DNA of 63,917 bases, filler included, from Octopus bimaculoides (Eukaryota), in NCBI RefSeq assembly GCF_001194135.2. It is 7 parts of 6 records of this genome, joined end to end, with 100 filler letters (N's around TTAATTAATTAA, not from the genome) between each part and the next. Parts side by side here need not be neighbours in the genome. Positions count along the whole stretch, not along the records: positions 47,030 to 51,699 come from NC_068994.1; positions 51,800 to 57,309 come from NC_068984.1; positions 57,410 to 62,718 come from NC_068983.1; 4 more parts are not named here. The stretch is one strand, 5' to 3'. Under the pieces are notes generated by a model. The model was not told the origin of the DNA. It saw only the letters and a program-made list of their open reading frames with translations, and made no database searches. This document shows, piece by piece, positions 46,930 to 58,728 of this stretch. Every line of letters begins with the position of its first letter. Position 1 is the stretch's first letter. Position numbers and translations under genes: made by a program.

Positions 46930-49900
46930 NNNNNNNNNNNNNNNNNNNNNNNNNNNNNNNNNNNNNNNNNNNNTTAATTAATTAANNNNNNNNNNNNNNN
47001 NNNNNNNNNNNNNNNNNNNNNNNNNNNNNTATATATATATATATATATTATATTTTCAACGAGAAAATTCAAAAATAAATGAAAATGGTCTTGAAAAAGA
47101 ATAAAGTGAAACAATAACTGATTTAACTTTTATTAATAACGTGTCTCTTCATCAGTATAAAATGTGCAGCACCAATATGATCCAGTGAGAGGGACACAGT
47201 GCAATGATTCGGTCTGCTGAATATACCAACCAAATCCCTATCATATTCCACCGTATTATGCAATATGGTGGAAATATGATTCCCTTTCTCTTAAAATAGC
47301 ATGGCGTATTTGGTAATGAATTATTAAAAGAACTTTAGCTTGAAATGGATATATACTATAGACAATATGGCCTTTGGTGTATCGAACCTGAAGACGGGTT
47401 GTTCATAGACAAAACGCATATCTTGGTTGGTCGTGCAGCTGTAGTTGACTCAAAAACAAGAAAAAAAGCCGCCATTTCTATTTTTTCAATGTTGAGAAAA
47501 ACGTAAAAGTTTAACCATAAAAATATGTATGTATAAAATATAAACTGGTCTTTTCATTTTGCCTGACTGTTTATCTTGTCCCCGTGAGACGTGAAATCCT
47601 TAGCAGCAGTGAGCTGCAATTATTAATGTGGTCCGCGAGCAGAACAAGTAGTAAACACATACAATGTTTGTTCTGCTATGAAATTAGATATGACTGCGGC
47701 GTCTTCTTATCAAACATGCTCTTTGATATTGATCGTGTTACTAATGCGTGTGCGCTACAGCTTTAACTTCAAAAGCTTCATACATGGTATAACCTATATC
47801 TCATTGACGCTGTGATAAGAAAAATATCTATTTGCTAACGGTGCGCATCGAATTATATTGGGGCATTGATATAGATTTGCTATAACTTTGTTCTAGTCTG
47901 TATTTTTTTTGTATGTTTTTAATATCTTACTGGCAGATAAGTTAGATCATAAGATTTAACTGCCTTAACTAAATCACAAGCATAAAATGTTTATACTCTT
48001 TATTAAAATAAATATGAGATGCCTTTTTTGCATATAACACCTGTATAGGAGAAGGTAGGTAAAGAAACGGGCGTTTATCTGAGTAACTCGTTATACGTGT
48101 CAAACTTTCAGCAGCTACGCGCACACAGAGAGTCATACACACACGCACATACTCATAGATATGCAAACAAAGACATACACACAAGCGTGCAGATAAACAC
48201 TCAGACGTAGCCAGAAAGCTGAACACACTGACATAAAAGAGTATGGAGTATATTTTCGCAAATGTGATATAGCTAAGAAAATAAGTATAGGTACATAGTG
48301 CTGTCAAGGCTACGAACAAAATCAACCGAGCATCTTCTTTGATAATTGCAAAGGTTTTGTGTTTGAATTTCCTCAAGAAATTCAAATGTGGTTTCCCTCC
48401 TGCATACTTTTGTGTATTTTCAGCAATTCAACTTCTTACACCTGCGTAGAAACAGGCATTGTAAGTTTCTACAAAATTATACTACACATTTTCGACGAAC
48501 GCTTATATAAAATCCTCAAAGATGTTATCATATAATAGGACCGTATTTCTTCAAACGCGGAATGGTGAAACGAAATATTTATCACGGCGGGATATGAACT
48601 TAAAACTTATAATAGAGGGCTTAGACGAAATGTACTCGCTTACTAGAATGTCCACTTACTCGATGTGTTGTACAGCACAGTACATAAAGTATACATTAAT
48701 AACATACTCTATAGGGAACATCACAAACCTAACTGGATACATTTTCGCGGTAAGACGAAAATTATATTAGTCAATCTGTTAAATTATGCAAAAAGGACTT
48801 TTGTAATTGGTTCATTCGCTTTAGCTTTGTAGGGGAATAATTTTGTATTTATTTCTAACTATAAAAATACAATTGTATTATTTCATAACAATAAATTCAT
48901 AAGAATATTCCATTCTCACACACATAAACGCTTAAGGATTTTACGTTGATCTTTTCAATGTGATATCGAATGTAATATTAATAAAGATCAGACAGCAATA
49001 TTTCTAATATCAGAAAGACGGCGTTTCAAATAGATTTGTTAAGATACGTACAGATACGTACAACACAGAAGTTGCTAGAAAGAGAGAACATTTAAGGAAT
49101 ACATTCATATAATATTTATTCATCGAATATCACTGAATATGTAATCAAGAATGTACTCATAGAAAATATGTTACGGTAAAACTATCCAAGTTACGAAGGG
49201 AAATGGAAAGAAACAAAGATTAAAGATGGAACTCATTCAATATTTGTTTACTGAAATAATAAAAACAGAGAGTGAAGAGAAATGAAAGAGGGAGTGTGAG
49301 AGAGAGGGAGATAGAAAGAGGGAGAAAGAGGGTTTGTTGAATCTATTCATAAGTTTTTGTTGACATAAGCTTTAAACTAAAATGTACACGGAAATTACTC
49401 CGTTTTATATGTTTCCCTAGTTTAGCTTGCGGCCATATTGTAGTGTGTGTATGTATATCTATCAAAATGAATACGATATAAACTTCGCATTCTTCTTTCC
49501 GGTATCACTTTTAGCACCGAATACCGAGACGAACATTGTCACGCATTACTGGACACACCTAATAATAGCTAATGAATGATGATTTGAAGTACCTTATAGT
49601 TATAAGCATCTATGTCGTGTGTCCATTTCTGTTACCGCTGTACCAGTGAGAATCTATTATAGTTTTACTTGTTTTCAAGCAATAAGACATTATCAATAGA
49701 ATCGCGGCCAATCTGTTTCGTATTTGTTTTACTTATTTTGAAGTGAATAAAAATAATTGAATTCCAATCACATATTATCACATCAGGCTTAATCAAATCT
49801 CTTCTGTATGATCTCTGTTGTGTGATATAGAATTAAACATTAATTATGAAAATTCAGTAAATCAGTAAATATTTTCTTAATCGAATAAGATAGGCACAGC

Positions 49901-49984
49901 TTTTCGAATCAGAATAATAACAAGAGAAGAGATGGAGCAATGAATGTATAAACAGAAATTTTGTTTATTCAAGTACAGGAGAGA

Positions 49985-50064
49985 TAGTCAGACAGACAGA
50001 CAGATAGATAGATAGATAGGTAGATAGATAGGTAGGTAGGTAGGTAGGTAGGTAGGTAGGTAGG

Positions 50065-50116
<52 letters not shown>
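49985..50116. repeat. Compound CAGA/TAGA/TAGG/GA microsatellite
   Basis: Directly visible. Confidence 0.92.
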
Positions 50117-50119
<3 letters not shown>

Positions 50120-50120
<1 letters not shown>

Positions 50121-50585
50121 GTTACAAATCGGACGGTGAATTCAGCAACGCCATCTGCCCAAAGCAGCTACTCTGTGTTTATGAAGTGCAATAACCCAGA
50201 ATCTAGTCCACAGATGTTGGGTTGCGCTAGGTGGAAGTACTGAGCTCCCTGTCCGAAAATATAAGGACACAGATTGTGTGTCGTATACCCAGTTAGAAAC
50301 GATGTTTCTTGGGGCTAAAACAACAGTAGCATAGTCCATTTCGAGAGAGCCACATTATGTTTGAAGGTTATAAACCTCATTAAGAGATAATAAAATATAT
50401 GTATTTCTAATCGGTATATTTTTACTACCTCTGACGAGATTCATAATGATTTTAAATTTCTAAATTATTTATCTAAAGATTACTGAATCGAAACACCTGT
50501 CATAGACGTTGTCATATTTTATAATTAATAATTAATATTTTATTAATTACCTCTCCATTTTCTCCTTATTCATGTGAGTATATAC
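50120..50585 (+). mobile_element. Probable decayed PLE 3' end with terminal-repeat-like segment
   Basis: Weak peptide remnants (IQQRHLP, SAITQ), then an AT-rich segment with a hammerhead motif running into TA/CA repeats. Confidence 0.45.
50425..50505 (+). ncRNA. Type-I hammerhead-like motif with an intact core
   Basis: CTGACGA-GATTCA...TGAATC-GAAAC-ACCT-GTC: canonical core, 6-bp extendable stem II, GUC site. Stem I (CTACCT / ATAG) needs a 2-nt bulge. Confidence 0.7.
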
Positions 50586-51974
50586 ACACACACACACACA
50601 TATATATATATACTGAAATGAATAATAACATACAGCTGTTTCGTTTTTAATAGAAGTATAAGAACATTACTCCATTACAAATGACCGTATTCATCAGATG
50701 GAAAGTAATTTTACAAACTGAACATCTCAAGACTACAGCCGGAATATGGCTGGAGTCTGTCGAAGCCAACTGCGTCCTTTCTGTATACTTGAGATATTTT
50801 TTTTGTTTGTAGAATAATTGTTCGTAAGATGATTACGGTCTTCATAATGTAGTAATGTTCTCATTCTTCAATTAAATATGATACGTAAGAAACAGCTGTA
50901 ATGAGCTGACAACTATCAATCATATGTTATTATTCATTTGATTATAATACACCAGGGGAACTTACGACGTGTTGGACGCCCTACAGTATACCAACAACGT
51001 ACTATTCAATGTAACGCGTGATTTGGACCATCTCCAAGATGCTCAATACTCATAGGGCTGGTTTTCTTTGTGGACACAATCGGAATATGCTATTTAATAA
51101 TTACCAACCATGGGCCGGGGCCACAGGTTTATTCAACCCTACCTGATGCATATCTTTTCAAGTACCTGATTGTATCTGAATCCTTATTACATATATATAT
51201 GTGTGTGATGTACGCTCACACACACGGACATCAGCTAGGTTCACCTATTTCTTGAGAATAGGTTCATAACCCCCAAATATTGAATCCAAGGTAAGTCTAC
51301 ATTAATTCACATATTTGTTTTCTTGCGACGTACCTTGCATTTACTTCACATCGTTTTGGTCTTACTCATGATCCTTTATACCACATATATATATATATAT
51401 ATATACCCTCCGGCTGCACCTCTCCTACCCACGGATTACACTGGACCCATCTTCTGATTGGAAATCGCTTCAATATACCACGACGTCTAAAAAACTTTTG
51501 AACTTTTCCACTTTTGTAAACCTCCTTTATCATCCTTTTTTACCTTACTTTCCTTCACCTACCGTCTCTTCGTACTCTGGATGTTCCTAATCTGTCTTCT
51601 CTAATCTGCACCTATTACTTTGTATTCTTCTCCCTCCCTTTCTTTTCTCCTCTCGTTTCTTCTCTCCCTGTCACCCCATTTCTCCCTATTGTCCCATCTN
51701 NNNNNNNNNNNNNNNNNNNNNNNNNNNNNNNNNNNNNNNNNNNTTAATTAATTAANNNNNNNNNNNNNNNNNNNNNNNNNNNNNNNNNNNNNNNNNNNNA
51801 TATATATATATATATATACATACATATAAATATATACATGTATATACGTATATATTTATGTGTATATATACGTATATATGTATATATTTATGTATATGTA
51901 TATGTATGAATATATGTATGCGTATGTATATATTTTTATGTGTGTGCGTTTGTGTGTGTATGCGTATGCATCTT

Positions 51975-52168
51975 TGTGTCTGTGTTTGTCCAGACAATGT
52001 GTGTTTGTTTCTTCAAGTCCGTTTACCTCATCAGTTGAGCAAGAGGCGGACAGAATAAGTATCAACTTTAAAATAAGTAATGGCGTCGATTTGTTCGAGA
52101 AAAACACTTCAAGGGGGAACCTCAGATTGGCTTTAGTCCAATGACTGAAATAGAGAAAGATAAAACGT
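51975..52168 (+). mobile_element. SINE family B, diverged 3' half
   Basis: CAGAATAAGTA...GGCGTCGATTTGTTCGAG...GTCCAATGACTGAAA...AAAGATAAAA. Confidence 0.6.
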
Positions 52169-52184
52169 AACAGATGCATGCACA

Positions 52185-52483
52185 TGTATGTATGTATGTA
52201 TGTATGTATGTATGTATGTATGTATACATGTATGTATGTATGTATGTGTGTGTACGTATGTATATATGTGTATGTGTGTATGTATGTATGTGTGTGTTTT
52301 TGTATGTATGTCATTGTTCAGTTTTATTTCAGGATTTCTTGCCTATAGAGAAAGAGCCGAATTCTAACCTAGATCCAAGGCTCCTTCTTTGGAATTTTAA
52401 CATCAACAAGTTATTTGTATATGTGTGTATGTATGTATGTATGTATGTATGTATATATGTATGTACATATGTATGTATGTATG

Positions 52484-52517
<34 letters not shown>

Positions 52518-52787
52518 TGTATGTATATGTGTGTGTATATATTGCATGTATGTGTGCGTGTGTATGTATGTATGTATGTAGGTAGGTAGGTAAGTAAGTA
52601 GGTAGGTAGGAAGGAAGGTAAGTAGGTAGGTTGGCATATACGTAGGTGGATAGATAGAATGATAGATAGGTAGGTAGGTATGTATGTAGGTAGGTAGGTA
52701 GGTAGGTAGGTAGGTAGGTAGGTAGGTGGGTAGGTGGGTAGGTAGGTAGGTAGGTAGGTAGGTAGGTAGGTAGGTAGGTAGGTAGGT
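52185..52787. repeat. (TATG)n grading into (TAGG)n microsatellite field
   Basis: Directly visible; interrupted by a unique insert at about 52310-52420. Confidence 0.92.
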
Positions 52788-53087
52788 AATTCATTTTCAG
52801 CAGCTTGTGGTTCTGTCTCACGACGGAAACACATGGACATACATCTAAGGTATTGACAATCCACCGAAGTAGAAATGTAATTTGTCCCCTTTTTAGCAAA
52901 ACGGATTTTACATTATCAACGCCTAAAAGAAAGCAGTGTATTCATACTCCCTTTCAGTGGTGTCTTTCTATAATTGCATTAGAAAATAAAACGGCAATTA
53001 ATTAGAAGACGTAAAGAAATAGATGATTGCGACTGTAACAAACATGTTGATCGTCATGATGATGGATGATGTTAATGGTAATATATT

Positions 53088-53123
<36 letters not shown>

Positions 53124-53755
53124 NNNNNNNNNNNNNNNNNNNNNNNNNNNNNNNNNNNNNNNNNNNNNNNNNNNNNNNNNNNNNNNNNNNNNNNNNNNNN
53201 NNNNNNNNNNNNNNNNNNNNNNNNNNNNNNNNNNNNNNNNNNNNNNNNNNNNNNNNNNNNNNNNNNNNNNNNNNNNNNNNNNNNNNNNNNNNNNNNNNNN
53301 NNNNNNNNNNNNNNNNNNNNNNNNNNNNNNNNNNNNNNNNNNNNNNNNNNNNNNNNNNNNNNNNNNNNNNNNNNNNNNNNNNNNNNNNNNNNNNNNNNNN
53401 NNNNNNNNNNNNNNNNNNNNNNNNNNNNNNNNNNNNNNNNNNNNNNNNNNNNNNNNNNNNNNNNNNNNNNNNNNNNNNNNNNNNNNNNNNNNNNNNNNNN
53501 NNNNNNNNNNNNNNNNNNNNNNNNNNNNNNNNNNNNNNNNNNNNNNNNNNNNNNNNNNNNNNNNNNNNNNNNNNNNNNNNNNNNNNNNNNNNNNNNNNNN
53601 NNNNNNNNNNNNNNNNNNNNNNNNNNNNNNNNNNNNNNNNNNNNNNNNNNNNNNNNNNNNNNNNNNNNNNNNNNNNNNNNNNNNNNNNNNNNNNNNNNNN
53701 NNNNNNNNNNNNNNNNNNNNNNNNNNNNNNNNNNNNNNNNNNNNNNNNNNNNNNN

Positions 53756-53799
<44 letters not shown>

Positions 53800-54599
53800 T
53801 ACATACATGCATATACGTGTGTGTATGTATGCGTGTGTATCTATATATGTATGTATATATATACACATATGTTCTATGCAGGTGGGTTTAGTTTTCTATT
53901 GTTTTACTTTCGTATTCATTTCATGCTAGCCTAGGTTTTTGTAAATCGGGACAATAATTGTCGAAGCAAATAAGGTATGTGTGTGTGTATAAGTCTGTAC
54001 GGGTGTATCTGATTGTATACATCTATGTGTGCGTGCGTGTCTGAATGTAAGTGTTTGAATGTGTGTGTGCGTGTGTGTGCGTGTGTGTGTGTTTATTTGC
54101 AACGGATAGCTATTATACTACAGACCACTCAAATGTGAAATGAGAACGGCAGCAATTCTATGTTTATTTGTTGGAAGTAGATTTATTCGTTTATTTAGTT
54201 ATTTTTCTTTCCTAGTTTTTCGGAGTAAATTGCCTGATGACGCAAATTCTGCTGTTAATGCAAATGTGTTTTAACTAACTTTGATCAGGAGTAAAAATAC
54301 TATTCTAAGGAATAACAAAGTAGTAATCACAGTGGTACAATAAATTAATTATACTCTAGTTCTTATGTATAGAGTACTTTTTCCAGTTGTTTGCAAACTC
54401 ATCGCACGTCTGTGTTGTGTATGTGTGTGTATTTATGTGTGTCTGTGTGAGTGTATAGACAAAGGGCCGCTGGCCAAAACTTGAAGGTCATTGTCAAACT
54501 TGTAAAAGTTTGGTAAGCATTGATCTCCCAAAAATAAATAAATAAACAAACTATACATGAAATAAATCTAAGCATGTACAATATGTATGTGCATATATA

Positions 54600-54638
<39 letters not shown>

Positions 54639-54741
54639 CGGAGTAAGCACATAAATGTGAAACAAGGTGGAAAAAAGAGTACTCAAATACCAAAGGTAGA
54701 GTAATATCCTTTATTTAAAAGCAGCAGAAATATAACAAAAG

Positions 54742-54779
54742 CTGTTATTCAGAGTTTCACGTTCGCATTCTTCGGAGTT
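54742..54779 (-). ncRNA. Hammerhead-like motif (U4C core), degenerate
   Basis: Minus strand CCGAAGA-ATG-CGAA-CGT-GAAAC-TCTGA-ATA-ACAG. Confidence 0.5.
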
Positions 54780-54796
54780 TTGTTTTTAAAAAAATA

Positions 54797-54835
54797 CTGT
54801 CCGACGAACGGGAACGTGAAACTCTGAGTAACTGG
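54797..54835 (+). ncRNA. Minimal type-I hammerhead-like motif (U4C core)
   Basis: CTGT-CCGACGA-ACG-GGAA-CGT-GAAAC-TCTGA-GTA-ACTG: 3-bp stem II, near-palindromic ACTC-T-GAGT stem III, stem I 3/4 paired. Confidence 0.65.
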
Positions 54836-54869
54836 TTTTGTTATATTTCTGCTGTTTTTGAATAAAGTA

Positions 54870-55040
54870 TATGTATATATATAGTGTAAAAATGAAAACA
54901 AACACAAAGACGAGGTAAAAAGAAAACGGAGTGCATTCGGTTTACGCTCAGGAAAAATAGGAGGAAAATGCTTTACGTTTCGGACATACACTCTTCTACA
55001 GAAAGAAATCACGACGAGAGAAAAGAGAAGGCGCGTTTCA
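54870..55040 (-). mobile_element. PLE terminal-repeat-like segment, same family as 22350-22622
   Basis: Same order as the 22.5-kb copy: pyrimidine tract, hammerhead-like motif, T-rich tail, (TA)n. Confidence 0.55.
54971..55005 (-). ncRNA. Minimal type-I hammerhead-like motif (A6U core), degenerate stem II
   Basis: Minus strand CTTT-CTGTAGA-A-GAGT-GTAT-GTCC-GAAAC-GTA-AAG. Confidence 0.55.
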
Positions 55041-55122
55041 GTTAGACATGGTATGTATATATGAGACATATATATGTAACATGGAAATAGATGACATAAA
55101 TGTAAGCCAACAGGTATAAGAA

Positions 55123-55214
55123 AAGCAAATTTGAATTTAGCATATGATAGCGTCTCATAAAGCGTATAAAATAAGCAAATTTGAATTTAACATATGATAG
55201 CGTCTCATAAAGCG
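55123..55214 (+). repeat. 42-bp direct repeat x2 (period 50)
   Basis: AAGCAAATTTGAATTTA(G/A)CATATGATAGCGTCTCATAAAGCG twice; a partial third copy near 55489-55506. Confidence 0.9.
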
Positions 55215-55256
55215 AGATTTCTATACATCGTAAATTTGCAGAGGAATCTATAGTGG

Positions 55257-55344
55257 GGGAGTTTAGCTCTATCGGTCAGAGCATCGTGACGCGTAATCAC
55301 GGAGATGTGAGTTCGAGTCCACAGCTAACCACCTACACTTTTTT
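55257..55344 (+). pseudogene. tRNA-like sequence (nominal anticodon CGT, Thr) with a T6 terminator
   Basis: D stem GCTC/GAGC, anticodon stem CGTGA/TCACG, T loop TTCGAGT, acceptor 5/7 paired, 1-nt deletion in the T stem, U33 replaced; TTTTTT at 55339-55344. Confidence 0.6.
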
Positions 55345-56044
55345 CTGCAAAATAGGGGTAGTTTATCCTGTTCAGGCTGTATTAATAGCATTGTCCTGCG
55401 ATTGAGAATTTTAAATTACCTCTTTAACTTTCTAACACATCTCAACGCTTCTAAAAGCAAACTTCGTTTGTTTGTTTACGTTTGTCGTAATTTGAATTTA
55501 ACATATATATATATATATAAAGATAATTTTCTGACGTAGTGATGAAAGTGAATGTGAATGGAAAAAGAGTTATTTGGATGATTTGCGCGAAATTAATTCA
55601 AATGATCAAATGTCGAATATAAGAGAAGTTAGTTATTTAAGATCAGTGTATGCATTTCTATATACTGTGCATATAAAAAAAAAAAACAGGAAGATACGAA
55701 GAAAAACTAGGAGAAAATATAAACAGTTATGTGCATATATTTATTTACTCACACATACATATTCGTACATATATATATAAACCCATACATACACACACAC
55801 ACACACATACATATATATATATATGTATATATATATGTACATATATAGACGCATACATGTATGCATACTTACAAATATACGCAAATATACGCAGACGCAC
55901 ATATATACATACACCTACATACACACAAACAGATACATGCACATATGCACGCATATAAGCACCTATACGTACATACATATATGTGTATAAAAAGTACACA
56001 CACATGCTCACAGATATACATATATATATGTGTGTACATGCACA

Positions 56045-56107
<63 letters not shown>

Positions 56108-57409
56108 TCACACACACCCACGCATATACACTCATACATATATGTGAGCGTATGCAGGTATAAATGGAGATATGTTTACGTATATACAAAAGTATATCCT
56201 AGAACAAGTAATAGTTAAAATATCAAATAGATTGGCAAAGTTGATTATGATAATAATAATAATAATATTAGTAGTAGTAATTATTATTAGGTGAGAGAAA
56301 TGTATTTAAGAACATATTGTGAAAAATATATAACATACAAAAATGTGTATGTGTGTGTGTATATTTTAAGTGATGGTGAAAAACTTTGATTAAAAGATCT
56401 ATTGAGTAAGAAGGGAAGACATGTGAATTTCTGGCATAGGTTATATGTATGTATGCATGTATGTATGCGTGTATGTACGTATGTCGTCGCTGTTATATTA
56501 AACTGTCATATGTCCAAATTTGGTCAAAGACGGTTTTTTGTTCAATATTTATTTTTTCTTGCAACAGCCAGTTCTTTTGGTCAAACTATCGTATCTCCAG
56601 CTGCTTTAGATGCCAAGAAATATAAAAAATTGTGAAAATGTAGTAGAACAGATTTGATATGGAATGGTGAAACTGTTTTTTCGTTTTCTGAAAAAGCAAC
56701 ATTTTGGACTTGTGACACTTGTATAATAACAACGATATATTTCATATATATAAAGGTGAGAGACAAAAAATTAAATTCGCATGACCCTTTATTCAGAACC
56801 ACTACGATAGTTTCCACTCATCCTGCACCCGTACCTTACAGATGAGATTGTGTACAACCAATTGTCATGCATTATAGGTGCAGATGCGTAAATTCAGTGG
56901 AATATAGTAGCCGAATACAGCATACTACAAGGTACTTATTTACGTGGATATTACTTTGAAAATATGGAAGAAGTTGAATACGGTGAATTAAAGATTTAAG
57001 CTTCATGACTCTCAAAAGACGCTGTCTATGTTCTATAATTAAATATTTACCAGTATATCTTGTATTAGTTTCTTTGAAAATTCCATTACTTAAGAGGATG
57101 AGTCCCAATGCGTGAAGTGTCTTTGTGCTTTCCAGAATGCGCGCACGCATGTATGTGTGTGATTGCAATCAATTATTTATTTGCATAGAATTTTAGGTGA
57201 TATGAAGGCATACGTTACTAAAGTCATTAAAAATTAAAGTTTAAAATTTCTCGATATATGTAATTCATAATATGTTCCATATATTTGTATTACGTAAATA
57301 ATGGTTTGTNNNNNNNNNNNNNNNNNNNNNNNNNNNNNNNNNNNNNNNNNNNNTTAATTAATTAANNNNNNNNNNNNNNNNNNNNNNNNNNNNNNNNNNN
57401 NNNNNNNNN

Positions 57410-58330
57410 GTTGTCACATATGAAATGTCGTATTTGAAAGGTAACAATAAAATGTTTCAGAAAGGTTAGAGAACTGATTTATTTAATCAAATTATGATTC
57501 ATGTTCATTTATGACCTTTATCCAACGTTTCTCTATGTCATATGTTCCATTTTTTTAAAAAATCACCTTTTGCTGTCCGAATGCTTCAATTACTTTTTCT
57601 CTATTTAAGAATGTTTTATTGCTTAAATAAGTAGGAGTGATATCAGGAGAATAGGGAGGATGTTGCAAAGTCTCATAATTCAGGCTTTACAACTTTTCGA
57701 CCGTAGCTTGAGACGTGTGAGGACGTGCATTGCCGTGGAGTAAAGTTGGGACATCTCTATTCACTAGTCTGGATTGCTTCTTTTTCAAATTCTCATGCAT
57801 ACAATCAATTTCTGGGCAATACGATGTTGTTGTTACCACTTTCCCTTGTTGCAAATATGAATAATGAATAACACTCTTCGCACACCAGCATACAGTGACT
57901 ACTAACTTTTTAGGGTGCAATGGTGGTTATAGGTAGTGTTTAGGTGATTCACTGTTCCTGTTCTGTTGTTGTCAAAGAGTATCCATTTCTCATCGATAAT
58001 GATTCGATGCAAAAATGGTTCTTTTTCCAGTCAAGAAAGCAATAAGGAGCACACTTCGAGGCACCTGTGTTTTTTTAATCTCATTCAGTTGATGTGGACC
58101 AAACCTATCCATTTTCTTGACTTACCCAATTTTTTTCAGGTCTCGAGAAACAGTTGTGCGAAATGTTTGGAGTTCTGATGAAAGTTGTTCTCGGATTTTG
58201 TTCAACCAAAGCATTTAATCCATCATGCCGAGTAACTGATTTTGGCCTCCCTCTTGATTCATTTTCAAGGTTATCATCTCCTGAATGTGATCTTTCGAAC
58301 TATCTTTGAACAGTTCCTATGTCAACAAAA
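57410..58330 (-). mobile_element. Mariner transposon relic
   Basis: ESRGRP, PHQL, FLHRII.DEKWILFDN, LHPKKLVVTVCW, LLHGNARPH and WIKVI; multiple stops and frameshifts. Confidence 0.9.
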
Positions 58331-58685
58331 CCTTTACCAAAAGCTTACTTGATATTCCATAGAGCTTTTGCGGCAGAGTGACCTAGTTTGTACTCATAAG
58401 AAAATCACTCAACATCGTTTGGTTGTTATCATTTTCATAAGGTCTGTGGGTAAGAATTTTGTATACCAATATTGTTTGGAAAGAAAAAGAGTCAAGATTA
58501 AATGCAACGGTACACATAGTTGAGTTTTGAAATGAATGAAATAAGTAGTTAAAAATGCGGCATTTCATGTATGATAACCTATTATGTGATATTTGAATTT
58601 TTGAAGATCGGTGAATATTTGTCACTTCAAATTCTATAAGTTTTCGACAGCGGATTAGCAGCGACATCTAGCAAAGTCAAGCTAC

Positions 58686-58728
58686 TCCACGCTTATAAAG
58701 GGCGATAACCCTGAAACTAGTCTGTGGA
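58686..58728 (+). ncRNA. Minimal type-I hammerhead-like motif with a mutated core
   Basis: TCCACG-CTTATAA-AGGG-CGATAA-CCCT-GAAAC-TA-GTC-TGTGGA: all three stems form, stem III is the palindrome ACTAGT, and the core differs from CTGATGA at G5 and G8. Confidence 0.7.

Larger units (their letters stand above)
54632..54866. mobile_element. Head-to-head inverted pair of PLE terminal-repeat-like units
   Basis: 55-nt arms 54710-54764 and 54812-54866 are reverse complements with about 5 mismatches; each arm overlaps a hammerhead-like motif. Confidence 0.75.

Noticed and set aside
47969-48385. 138-aa minus-strand ORF with hydrophobic stretches
   Set aside because: It is partly GT-repeat-like with no recognisable domain, and the splice signals are ambiguous on both strands.
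56850-56930. Minus-strand peptide YAVFGYYIPLNLRICTY resembling a GPCR TM5
   Set aside because: There is a stop three codons later, all three frames between the splice sites contain stops, and no other GPCR segment is nearby.
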